Below, one piece after another: positions 47,001-64,000 of a stretch of DNA of 64,000 bases; within the stretch, counting starts at the first letter, position 1, and the number at the start of each line of letters is the position of its first letter. Source of the DNA: Yuukianura sp. NJ FZ-2021 (lineage: Eukaryota); the NCBI GenBank assembly GCA_046563655.1, contig CM102286.1, positions 14,880,001 through 14,944,000 on the forward strand, read 5' to 3'. The position numbers and the translations under genes were made by a program. A model generated the notes under the pieces. It saw nothing but the letters and a program-made list of their open reading frames with translations, searched no databases and was not told the DNA's origin.

Positions 47001-48863
47001 ATGTGGTTGTTGGTTGTGCTAAGTATAATTTTAATTTTACTCACAACTTTAGTTGTGTATGCCCGTTGGAACTACGGTGTGCTGGAGGAACTGGGAATTC
47101 CAGTCGTAAAAACTTCATTCATCCTCGGAAGTACACCGGATTTGCACAAAAAAGTGGCACATTTTGAAGATATTGAAAGATTCAAAAAATATGGGAGCAT
47201 TTATGGGGTAAAATTTGAATCAAAATGAAATTCAGAAGATCAAGATTCAGAAATTTTGTATTTTTACTTTCATGTTTTATCATTTCAGCTTTTAGCTTTT
47301 GACATTTGTTTGTTTATATTTTCAGGTTTATGAAGGTCGACGACCTCAAATTCACATTGTTGATCCAGCACTTGTGCGAGAAATTTTTGTGAAAGATTTT
47401 GAGCATTTTTACAACCGAAGAGATCTGGATTTGGGCGATCCGATTTTAAACGAAATTTTAGATTTTGTTCCAGGTCAGTCAGATTTTTTCTCAAAAGTCA
47501 TAGAAAGGTATACAATTTTTGAAGTTTTGTGCGTCAAAAGGTGAGAAATGGAAACGGTTAAGGAGTGAACTAACACCGATGTTCTCGGGGTCAAAGGTCA
47601 AACACATGATTTCACTTACTGAAAAAGTTGCACAAGATTTCTCAAATCACCTCCGGTCGGACATTTTAAAAAACGGAGGAACTTTGAAAATTGAGGCTCG
47701 AGAGTAAGCAAGTTTTTGAGATATGATAGAAATCAAAATTCATTTGAAAATTTAAGTTATCTGAAACTATATTTTTCTAGTCAAATTGCCTGCTTGGTCA
47801 TAGATTTCTTGCTTCAGTGTTCATTTGGAATCAAAATCGGAGATGCTCATGAGCCTAACAACTTTTTTGTCAAAAACTTCAAACTCCTTTCCGGAAACGA
47901 CGGTGACTTTGGCCTACTCTACAACCTGTCTCGTGAGTCACAGAAAATGTCTAATTTTTAAAAATTTTCAAAACTTCGGAAAACCATTGAGAAACTTTTT
48001 TTTTTAAATTTTCAGTGACGTTTCCATTCCTCACAAAATTTTCTCCAACACTTGACAATTCCGGATCGGCACCGCTGGCTGCCGCTCTCAAAGAAATCAT
48101 GTACAAGCGTATGCAGGATCCGAGTTACTCCAGAACCAAACTAATTGATTTAGCCGACAAACTTATCGAAATGCTTGAAATGGTTAATTCTTCGGATCCC
48201 GAGTACAAACGACTCGGAATCACCGAAAACACGGTTTTAGCTCAAGCCGTTGGCGGATTCTTCCTGGCTGCTTACGACTCCATCATCACCGTTATCACCA
48301 TGACTCTCTACTACTTGGCTCAGAATCCACAGAAACAGGAAAGAGTCCAACAGGAAGTTGACTCTTTCTTTGAGACTCACGATGAGTCAAGTGAGTCAGG
48401 AGTCACTCTTGACTCACTCAATGAAATGCCCTACTTGTGGGCCTGTATCAAAGAGACTCTTCGGCTAGTTCCTCCGTTCATTAGACCTGAACGAGTCTGC
48501 ACTAAAGATTGGACCAATGGGAAGCTGAAGATCAAGAAAGGAATGATTGTGATGCTGCCAGCATGGGCTTATCACAGGAATCCACAGATTTATGTCGATC
48601 CGGATGAATTCCATCCGGAACGATACTTCGGAACGGTGGACAAGAAAGTTTCGGATCCGTATGCTTTCGGTACTTATGGATTTGGACCAAGGAAGTGTCC
48701 AGGGGAACGCTTTGCTAACGAGGCCATGAAAATGTGCTTGGCCTACATTTTAAAAAATTTTGAATTTAAAGTCAGAAGTGACACCGAAGTGAAGTTCAAA
48801 CCAGGCGTTTTATTTTTAATCATGTACGACCCCATTTACTTGGACGTGACAACTCGTTTTTGA
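47001..48863 (+). CDS. Cytochrome P450, CYP3 clan-like, 5 exons
   Basis: N-terminal anchor, WKRLR, I-helix FFLAAYDS, KETLR, PERY and heme motif YGFGPRKCPG. Confidence 0.95.
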
Positions 48864-48890
48864 AATAAACCTTTGTAAACGCAGTATCTA

Positions 48891-49220
48891 AGTAGCGAAA
48901 GTTACACTAAGGTTTATGAGGGTGACACTCATATATTTGAGGCACCATGTCAAAGGTCAAGGTCACCCATATAAAAGTTGTTTGTATCAATGAGATGAAC
49001 AACTTTCGTAGCGGTCATTTCTTCCATTTACGTTAAAATAGTATTTGGCCTTGACCTTTGACTCCAACTTCCGAGTAAAACTGAAAACTATTTGATCAAC
49101 TCTAGACCAGATGCATCGACAGTTATTGTGACTAGTACACAGACAAAGAGAGAGGCGGACGGACGGACAGACAGACACACGGACAAAACCATAAAGGTGG
49201 ACTGGTTTCGCTACCTAATA
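48891..49220 (+). mobile_element. Non-autonomous DINE-1/Helentron-like element
   Basis: Inverted termini GTAGCGAAA (48892) and TTTCGCTAC (49206), an internal (GGAC/AGAC)n microsatellite at 49157-49185, and AGGTCA and TGACCTTTGAC words. Confidence 0.55.
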
Positions 49221-49262
49221 ATTTTTCGAAATTGCGAAAAATGGAGATTCTTAACAATTGTG

Positions 49263-50644
49263 TCAGTTTAGAGAAGGTTCTGTCAGCACAAGGAGATTGA
49301 TGACACTGTCGCTGATCATGTGGGCGAGAATAAGAAAAGTTGACTTGGACATGACATGAAAGTGACCAACGTTGAAGGTCAAAGGTCGGCATGACTTGAG
49401 ATGTTTTCGGTCAAACGAGGTCAATGACCTCTGGTACGCTCCTCTGCAGTAAATTGTAGACAACTTGGACACTGATCGGCAAAAACAACAGCTGAAATGG
49501 AGGGAAGCGAGTATGAGAAGGGCACAGGAAGTGACGAGGAACAGCGACATAGCATTAAGGAACTTGTGGAGTCGGATGGAGGTAAAAGTGGACAGAACGA
49601 TGGATACGAACATGACAGGGAAGTGGATGGGAGTAAAGTACAGGAAAAAGTCCAGCAGGAGACTGTGCAACACTTGCAGCGTCCGGTATGACCTTTGACC
49701 TGTTCCATTTCCAAGGTCTTCAGTAGGACTGAGTCTTCAAAACAAAAACGAATCAGTTGTATTTTACGGTATTTTGAGAAACTAGATCTGGGTTTATTTC
49801 AAGCAGTCTGTGCCGGTCGCATAATAAGGGGACCGGCCTTGACTGTTTACCTGCGTAGCCAAAATGCTGTTGAATTCAAATGAACGAAAGTTGGCAGCAA
49901 ATTTGTAAAGTAGGAGGAAATGTCAAACCAGTAGCCAATAGTCCACATCAGAATCAGCGGAATATTCAAATTTTGTTGAGCGGCATCTGTGTTAAAAAAT
50001 CTGAAAAATGGATATTTATGCCTTGCTGCGACAATGAACCCAGGGGGCAACATGAGACCGGTGAGGACCGCAGAGACGAATAGCAAACGCAATTTTACTT
50101 CAGCCCCATCTTTCGAATTTGGAGATACTTTTAACGTTTTGCCTAAAACACCAAATTTTAAGCAGTTTAAATTAATTTGTTATATTGTAATGTTAGTATT
50201 TTAATATCCTATTAATATCTTTTACCTAATTCCTTAGTGAGTTGCAGTAGACAGTTGAAGTTGGCCACTCTGAGGTCCAAGGTGACAAAAGCATAAGATA
50301 GGTGGATAATGCCCAGCAGTGTGTTGGAGATGCACAGGGTTCCCATGGCAACGTCCCCTGCCCAACTCTGTTCCTCCATTTTTGTGTTGTAGACCAAGGC
50401 ATAAGTGACCCACGGAATAAATGCAAGTCGCGTTGCCACAATTCCCAAGCAGTACGATATCCATATCCACTTTTTAAATTTTGCCGCCCTTGACACAACC
50501 CATTTTTTCCCACCAAGTTGATTTTTTTGAGAAAGGGCATTTTGTACAACTCCGGTGACTTGGTTCCACCGAATCGGAATGACACCAAGGACCAAACCGA
50601 TTTTAAATGCCCAAATAAAAGTTTGCAGAGTTGCTCGAAATCAT
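49263..50644 (-). pseudogene. GR-like chemoreceptor paralog 1, with a 2-bp frameshift after codon 6 and otherwise intact 3 exons
   Basis: Colinear with paralog 2: ATG ATT TCG AGC AAC TCT --G CAA versus TCT TTG CAA. C-terminal SCRPLTFNVGHF..STFL..VINLLV. Confidence 0.7.
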
Positions 50645-51268
50645 TTTCAAAATTGCCCAACCTTCTCGAAAAATTTTCTTTATCTTCCACCACTTTCCAG
50701 TAAGGAAAAACTTGGACTAACGTAAAAATCTTTCATGTTGTTTACGAACATTGCTCAAACGATGTTTACTAAAACACAAAATTAGCAAAAATTTCATTAG
50801 TGGAAAAGGGATTGGTAAGAAAGGAAGGTCATGTGTAGAATTAAGCTTGAAAAAGAATTTTTGAAATAATGATTTTTGAACTGTGGAGAAAGTGACTTTC
50901 ACTTGTTCCATTTCTCGCCACAAGCCCCGCCCATGTCAAATTGACCACGCCCCTCTACAACATCAATCTTCTCAGCTTTCCAAAAAAAAATACAAGGCTG
51001 CATGGGAGTTTCCTGTTTTTATATTTATAATTTATATTTATTTATTTTTTATATATTTTTTTATATTTTTGTATTTTAATAGTGGCATTCTTTTCTTTTT
51101 GACAAAATGTGTATTGGTCTAAGATATGTACTAGATAGCATTTTGTTTCATGCTAGGTGCCATTCCACCGCTGGAATTCGGTACGTAATGAAAATAAAGA
51201 GTTACAAGATTAAAACTCCTTTTTGAAATAATTAATTTTTCGAATGATATTTTTTCTACTCTTTTACT

Positions 51269-52690
51269 CTAGTCTAGAGACGGTTCTGTTAACACAAGAA
51301 GGTTGATGACACTGCTGATGATCAAGTGGACGAGATTAGGAAAAGTTGACTTGGACATAACATGGACGTTGCCCACGTTGAAGGTCAAAGGTCGACATGA
51401 CCTGAGATGTTTTAGGTCAAACGAGGTCATTGACCCCTTGTAGGACCCTCCTCTGCAGTAAACTGACGATAACTTAGACACAGATCGGCACAAAAAGCAG
51501 CTCAAGTGGAGAGCAGTGAGGAGCAGAACGGCACAGGAAGTGCCGAAGGTGAGTGACATAACACTGAGGAACTGGTGAAGTCGATTGGAGATGAAGGTAG
51601 ACAGGACGATGGACACGAACAGCATCGGGAAGTAGGTGGGAGCAAAGTACTGGAAAAAGTCAAGTAGGAGACTGTGCAGCACTTGCAGTGTCCGGTATGA
51701 CCTTTGACCTGTTCCAACCCTTCGAAATCCAGTAAAATTGAGCCTACAATAGAAAAGGATTATATTTGTAGCTTTACAGTATCTCTACATTTTAGAATTT
51801 AAAATTTACACTAAAAATCTGAGTTTATTTGTAGCAGTCTGCGAAGGTCGCAAAATAAAGGGACCATCCTAGACTGTTTACCTGCGTAGCCAAAATACAG
51901 TCGAATTTAAATGAACGAGAATTAGTAGCAAATTGGTGAATTGCGAGGCAATGTCAAACCAGTAGCCAAAAGTCCACATCAGAGTCAGCGGAATGTTCAA
52001 ATTTTCCTGGGCGGCATCCGTATTTAAAAAGCGGAAAAATGGGTATTTGTATTTTGCCGCAAAAATGAACCATGGGGGCAACATGAGACCAACGACTACT
52101 ACTGACACGAATAGGAAACGCAGTATTACTTCGCCTCCATCCTTTGAATCCGGAGCTACCCTTAGCGTTTTGCCTAAAACCAAATTTAAATTAATTAGAC
52201 TATATGCTTACGAGGGAAACCTTTTGTCAAAAGGTTTCCCTTGTTAATAAATTATAGTATTTTTGTCACATAATTGTGCAGTGAGTTGAAGTAGACTGTT
52301 GAAGTCGACCACTCTGCGGTCCATAGTGACAAAACCATAAGATCAGCTGACGATGCCCAGCAGTGTGTTGGAGATAGAGAGTGTTCCTGTGGCGATGTCC
52401 CCTGCCCAACTCTGTTCTTCCGTTTTCGTTTTATAGACCAAGACATAAGTGGCCCATGGAATGGTAGTAACTCGAGCTGCTAAAATTCCCAAGTAGAACA
52501 GGATCCAGAACCACTTTTTGAATTTTGCCGCCTTTGAAACAAGCCAATTTTTCCCGCCGTATGGATTTTTTTGAGAAACGACATTTTCTGCAACTCCAGT
52601 GACTTTGTTCCACCGAATCGGAATGACACCAAGGGCCAAACCGATCTTAAATATCCAAATGCAAGTTTGCAAAGAATTGCTCGAAATCAT
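51269..52690 (-). pseudogene. GR-like chemoreceptor paralog 2, with an in-frame TGA at 52345-52343 and otherwise intact 3 exons
   Basis: GIVS*SYGFVTMDRRV aligns to GIIHLSYAFVTLDLRV of paralog 1. Splice sites and downstream exons are intact. Confidence 0.7.
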
Positions 52691-52902
52691 TTCAAAATTT
52701 TTACAAATTTTTCCAATTGCGTTTGCACAATCTTTCTTTCACTTTCACCGCTTTTCTATAAAATTCCCTCCCAAAATTTCACAAAGTAAATTTTTGTGAA
52801 CATTGTTTGAGCAATGTTTACAAACAACGCAAGGTCAAATGTGGAATTTAGTTTAAAAATGAATTTAAAAGTTTAAACGGGAGTTATTGGTTTTTTGGAA
52901 TG

Positions 52903-52995
52903 TAGAGAAAGTGACTTTCACTTGTGCCATTCCTCGCTATACAAGCCACGCCCATGTCAAATAGACCACGCCCCTCTGTGATATCAATCTTCTCA
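52903..52995 (-). promoter_or_regulatory. Conserved upstream block shared by both GR paralogs (second copy at about 50885-50975)
   Basis: GAGAAAGTGACTTTCACTTG..CAAGCC.CGCCCATGTCAAAT.GACCACGCCC..ATCAATCTTCTCA occurs upstream of both genes. Confidence 0.55.
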
Positions 52996-53912
52996 ATTTC
53001 AAAAAAATGTATTGTGTTACACGGGAGTTTCCTGTTTTTACATTTCACGGTCTTTTGACATAACTTTCTCCTTGTTTTCATGCTTTGCATTTTCTAAAAA
53101 AAATATGTTACTGAAAAAAGTTGCTTGTATTTTTTTTTTCTTGAAAACTAGTTTTTGGTCCAAGACAAACAGTATTTTTTACTTTTGTTTTTGGTGCCAA
53201 GCTACTACTGGAATTTTTTAATGAAAAAAGTACTACAAGATGGAAACAAAGAGAAGAAGATGCAGCATCTGTCTGTCATGGACTTCATCTCCTCATCTTT
53301 AAAAATAACTTCCTCTCCTTCCTCTCTTTCCTAATATACTTTACCAGTTCAAAATTAAACACCACAAATTGCTTCTTTTCGGCTCAAACAGAAAAACTAA
53401 TGCCCACTCCTCCAGCCACACAAAAAAAAATCAGGGTTCATCGGACACTTTCGGAAAACCGGAACAAACTGTGAAGAAACTGAGTAAAAGTACAAAAAAA
53501 AAGAGAAATGATCAAAAATTGAATAAAGTCTTCAAATTCTTAGCTCAACTATAAAATGGAACTTTTGAAAAGTTAAAAAGTTGAAAAGTTAAAAAGTAAA
53601 TTGTTTTTGTCTGGCGTTTAGTCACTCCCCAGCTTAGCTCTTGTATAATTTTGTGGAGAGATCGGCCTAACCCTGCTCTGTCTCAAAAGTTTGGCATTTT
53701 GAATTTTATTTTTAGAAAAGCAGGATGATGATGATGGTGGGGCAGAGTATGCGAATAGTTTGAACAGAAAATGAATGGAAAAACCAACCAACACAAAGTA
53801 GTCACTTTTCAGACATCTTGCTTTTTCAAAGTTTCCAAAGTAGCAGTAAAATAGTAGACGTTTTTCAAAAAATCTATTTTTTAAAAATTAACTTAGATTT
53901 TATTATTTAAAA

Positions 53913-59197
<5,285 letters not shown>

Positions 59198-59292
59198 ATT
59201 TAATAATTAATTTAGTAAAATTGATTCATTACTACTTCAAATAAACATTTAGCAATGTGGAAGTTTTCGAAACTATAAAAAATGAAAAGTGC

Positions 59293-59535
59293 GGAATTAC
59301 ATCTTCCCATTAGTATTATAATTACAATTAATACTAATGAGAAGATGTAAGTCCGGAGTTACATTTTTCCATTAGTATTGTAATTGGTAACTTCAAGGCC
59401 GGAATTACATCTTCCCATTAGTATTATACTTGATACTAATGAGAAGTTGTAAGTCCAGAGTTACATTTTCCCTTTAGTATTGTATTGGTAACTCATAGTG
59501 TCATAGTCCGGAATCACATCTTCTCATTAGTATTG
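59293..59535. repeat. ~108-bp tandem unit built from inverted copies of TTACATCTTCCCATTAGTATT
   Basis: GGAATTACATC starts at 59293 and 59401, with a variant at about 59510. Each full unit contains the inverted AATACTAATGAGAAGATGTAA-type arm. Confidence 0.8.
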
Positions 59536-60269
59536 TTAAACACAAGACGCTCTTGTTCGTGGCGCCATCTATACGAAATTTCAAACCCCGGAAAAGGCGG
59601 GAATTTGTTTAAACTTTTCACAGATGTTTTTTTTAGCAAAAAAAAATGCAGAACCACGTTTTTGGGTAAAAACTTCGCAAAAAAAAATCAAAACAAACAG
59701 AATCTGCGAGATTAGGAAGTCTGTGTATTGTGCACTCCTGATTTTATTTTAATTAGTTTATTAGTAGTTTAGATTTAGCAAATGAGTTGACTTGTTTTGG
59801 TCAGGATCGCGGTTAGAGCTAAAAGCTGATGTTTCACTTGAGGTCAACTGATTAAAGGTAAAGGTAACTTCGTGCATTATTTTAACAAAATACAACACAT
59901 TTTACAAATTGCTAAGCATAGCAAATCCCAGTGTGATTGACCTTATCGTTGAATGACCTATTTCCAAAGTGTGTACCATGTTTGGAGTGGTGTTTACATA
60001 AGCGAATTTGCTTTGTCTGTCAGAAGTGATATTTCTGTGGGCCATTGCTACAAAGTACAAGAGATTTGAGAACTAAAGTTAAGTTCAGTAGTGTTTTGGA
60101 AGTGGGATCAGTTTGTTGACTGGTGGTTGGGAGAAGTGTCTGTCTATTTTGTAAATGTGTCAACAAGTGTCACGATAACTTTCTGTGGTTTGCTTAATTT
60201 AATGTCTTATCTTTCCAATTTCGGAATATCCTGACGTGGTTTTTATCCTTTTCTTGTTGTTTCCAGCGG

Positions 60270-63200
60270 ATGACATTAATTTCACCGAAGTTTATTAAAT
60301 TCCTGATCGTCACATCATCGTCATCACTTCCACGACTACCAACTGCCAGGACTTCCACGGTTCCACGGAGGTCACTACAGATTCATCGTCTACTTGGAGT
60401 TAGAACCACAGAAACACAATCTTTAGTCTTTATTCACACCTCATCGAAGTGGTTCTGTACTGAAAACTTCACTTCAGATGAGAATCCAAACGTACATCAA
60501 ACGATTACCAAAATGACATCGACCGAGAGTCACACAGCTACTCACATGGACGAACCAGTCAGGGATGTGGGCACCAGTCCAGGTCAAGTTCAAGGTCACC
60601 GTCAATTCTACCAGTTTGCCAAAGAGGAGACAAGCACAGTAGATGCTGCCGAAGATGGACCGAATACTGCCAGTACTTCTGCCTCCGCAAGTGGGAAAAT
60701 TACTGGTGGGCCATCGGCGATCAAGAAACGATCAAAATCGTACAGATTTCGGGGCAATTCAAGAGAATTGATTGAAATGGTGGAACGTAATATTATTGGA
60801 CGTGACACGGGCTTCCAAGGGCCATTTGGACCGAGACGAGGTATGTGTAATGAATTAACTTAGCTAATTAATTACGAAACTTGGTTGTTGTTTTAATCTC
60901 TTCCTCATTCCTATTCAAGATGTTTCGCAATTCACTCTCATTCCCGACGCATTAAATTTAAAATTAAAGATTATGTAACGACTTGTTGAGTAACTGCCAA
61001 ATTGCATGTCCAACTCCAGGAACTTTTTTATTTTGCCACTTCTGGGAAGTGCTAAGATAACAAGAGTGACATTGACAACTTGAGTCTCATCCTTTGTCTT
61101 TATCCAAGGCATTTGCAAACTCCAAATGACTTGGATAAATCAACTGCAATTAATTAACTGATGTTTGTCTGTTTTTAAGCTGTCTATATGGACCATACAG
61201 CGTCTGGCCAACCTCTGCGATGCATCGAGGATTTTCTAAGAGATCATGTTCTGCCATATTATGGAAACACACACACAACAACAACTCTCACGTCATCACA
61301 AACTACCATGTACAGGTACGCTCAAAATCGCTGAAAATCGCTGGAAAAGGAAATTCTGAAAATAAGACCATTTATACGACTTTGTCCGTCTGTCTGTCTG
61401 TCTGTTTGTACCAACGAAAACAAAGAGCTTCTTTTTAGCTTTCATAAACATCGTAAATGCTTGTCAGATGTTATAAAAAGTGCAGCAGATCTGTGATCTC
61501 TTGCAAATTTTGCAATGATGTTGAAATATTATTTGTTTTTTTGTAGACATGAGGCAAGAGACATCATTCGGAATGCCGTTGGAGCTTGTGAGCAAGACGC
61601 TGTGATTTTCTGTGGAAATGGTTCCACATCTGCAATCCATACGATTGTGCATGCCTTGGCAGGAGATTTCAACCAACCGCGCCCTGTCGTCTTCCTTGGT
61701 CCACATGAACATCACTCCAACATTCTTCCATGGAGAGACATTGGAGCCAAAGTAATTAAAAATATGACCAAAAGAGAAAAAGTTAAAACAACATGTTTAC
61801 TACTAAAGGAAACAGTTTTGGATAAAACTGCTTTTCCTTTTACAACGTAAATTCCAAAGTTCAATGTCATTTTAAGTTTCCGCGTGCCAAAGAATCCAGG
61901 TCAATTTCCATTGTAAATTTTATGGTTGAAAATGAAAAGTGTTTTGGAATTTGAGTTTTTCTGTGGGCGGGAGTAACTTTCCGTGATATTTTTTTCAAAC
62001 ATTTTTTTTAGAAAAAATGTTAACTGTTTTGTTTTTGTGTTTTTTAGTTGGTGAATGTTCCCGAAGATGCTAATGGTCTCCTTGACCTCAATTTCTTGGA
62101 AGAGAGGTTAAAAGAAGCCTCGGAGAAGAGGGATGATCTGATTGGTGGAGAGGGGAAACGGAGGCTTCTAATTGGTGCTTTCTCGGCCGCTTCCAACATT
62201 AGTGGAATTCCAACGAATGATGTTGCAGTGACTGTTCTGATGCACAAATATGGTGGGATTGCACTGTGGGACTACTCTGCAGCAGCCCCGCATGTTCAAG
62301 TGGTCATGAATCCAGTAGTCTTCAGTTCGAATCAACCTCAGGGAGCGGCTAAAAAAGATGCTCTATATTTCTCTGGTCATAAGTTTGTTGGTGGACCACA
62401 AACGCCTGGTGAGTTATTGCGAAACTTACAAAAATTATCACCAATTTTTTGGCAATAACCACACAGCTCCACGTGCCTGCTTGGTGTGAAAAACAAAAAG
62501 AAAAAATAGCTTTTAGTTTTGTTTTTTGCAAAAAGTTTTGCATATAGCCCATCTTACTTACAGTTTTCTTGCATTTGCTGTAATTTTTGCACATTGATGC
62601 TGGAGGGATCTCAACTAGATCTGTTTTTTGTTTGTTGTTCTTTGTCTGGTTTGAGTTGGGATGAAAATGAAGCGTGAGAAATTCCATTAGGATTTTGAGA
62701 GATGAAGAGATGAAGGTCACCTTTAGAAGATTGCCTGTCAATGTGCGATTGGACTCGGAGGAAGTGAGTCGTGCTCACAAAAGTCGTTAAAGTTATTTTT
62801 AGTTTCCTTTTGAGACAAAGTGATTTTGACTTTGGGAGTTAACTGACAGCTTGAGGTTGAAAGTGTTAATTTCTCAATTAGCAAATACTTTAATTAGCTA
62901 AATTTTTGGTTTTTCGCAGGGGTACTTGTTGCAAAGAAATCCTTGTTTGAAAATAGAAGTTCAAGTGTTGGTGGAGGTGGAACAGTTTTCTTTGTCACTG
63001 CTGACTCACATCGATACTTGAAGGTTAGTGGATTTTAATTTTAAATTTAAACTTTTTAAGTTTCGAAACCTACTTTATGCATTTACCGTGTCTGTCTGTT
63101 GGCCACAATTATCTCGAATTTCCCAATATTTCCGGAATCTGTTAAATTCGTTCCTGGTCAAAGGTCTTTTTTTCAAAAGGTCAAAGGTCAACTTTTTCAT

Positions 63201-64000
63201 GTTACCGTTCATAAAACCATAGTATACTTAAGTTCAAAAGGGCATGGCCTTGTCACAAGTCGTTTGGGAATGCGTCTTTCGCTACTTTCGTACACTCTGG
63301 GTTACATCCGGATTTTTATTAATATATTACTCCCATTTGATATATGTTAGTACGTTTTTGTTCGCTTGACCTGAATTTTCATGTGAGAACAGAAAGTGGA
63401 ATCTCTGGGTGTTGAAATTTGGAGAATCATTTATTTTTGTAACTTTTGCTTTTATTTTTGCAGAATGTTGAGTTTCGAGAAGAGGGCGGAACGCCAGGGA
63501 TTTTAGAGAGCATTCGACTTGGTTTGGTCTTTCGTCTTCAACAAACTGTTGGATTCCAAAATATTATTTCACGTGAAGCAGTTTACGTCAAGTGAGAAAC
63601 AAGGAAAAATCAAAAATTTAAAAGAAACAAGATTTTGAGTGTCAAAATGAGTCATTTGGGAAATTAAAAATTTGGATTGTGGTTTTTGTCTATTAGGAAA
63701 ACACTTGCGGATTGGTCAAAAATTCCAGAAATCAAGGTTTTAGGACCAACTCACTCTGCACGTTTGCCCATTTTATCATTTCTGATTGAACATGGTCCAT
63801 CGGTGAGTTGACAATTTTGTTTTGTACTTTTTTGATGTTGGTCATTTTGACTTTTTTGTTTACCCAACAATAATTTTTAGTAAACAAAAAGTTAATTAAA
63901 ATGTCATTTTGTGTGTAAATAGGGATACTTTCTACACTACAACTTTGTTACTGCTGTTCTCAATGATTTGTTTGGAATTCAAAGTCGAGGTGGATGTGGC
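60270..64000 (+). CDS. Class-V PLP aminotransferase / cysteine desulfurase-like protein, truncated at the window end
   Basis: GPFGPRR|AVYMDHTASG, YGNTHT, HEHHSNILPW, AFSAASNISG, WDYSAAAPH, FSGHKFVGGPQTPG (PLP Lys), EEGGTP and LNDLFGIQSRGGC. Confidence 0.9.
63055..63290 (-). mobile_element. Second, diverged DINE/Helentron-like copy in reverse orientation inside an intron
   Basis: CGAAACC..CTTTATG..CCGTGTCTGTCTGT at one end and TTTCGCTACT at 63277 mirror the 48891-49220 element. It carries AGGTCAAAGGTCA at 63178. Confidence 0.45.

Noticed and set aside
52343..52345. Selenocysteine codon in GR paralog 2
   Set aside because: It aligns to Leu rather than Cys in the paralog, and no SECIS-like hairpin was recognised.

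Overview
Eukaryotic, AT-rich, gene-dense invertebrate genomic DNA with many short GT-AG introns. The gene content suggests an arthropod, and the GR-like chemoreceptors plus the bacillopeptidase-F/oomycete-type subtilisin point to a springtail (Collembola). This taxon is inferred, not proven. About 24 protein-coding loci were reconstructed by hand: MOK kinase, MGAT4, three GR-like receptors, LSM11, an intronless cis-prenyltransferase, aminopeptidase N, a fatty acyl-CoA reductase, a LOTUS-only MARF1-like gene, a long ninjurin, a Na/K-ATPase beta-like gene, a 211-aa metallothionein, DM4/DM12, TSR1, a Cys-rich membrane protein, a group-7-allergen-like protein, an S8 protease, a ricin-B-like protein, a 4TM protein, a CYP, NUAK, a class-V aminotransferase/cysteine desulfurase and one unidentified membrane-protein fragment. 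There are also minisatellites, two tRNA-derived intronic elements and DINE/Helentron-like elements. Main highlights: (1) extreme enrichment of AGGTCA nuclear-receptor-type DR1 and IR1 elements in introns, at splice acceptors and inside exons in several reading frames; (2) a tandem-repeat giant metallothionein with an MRE cluster; (3) a bacterial-type cis-prenyltransferase with an added lipidation-like, repeat-built N-terminus (HGT candidate); (4) two tandem GR paralogs that each carry a single disabling lesion; (5) an aminopeptidase N lacking the catalytic Tyr. Exon boundaries were inferred by eye and no database searches were run.
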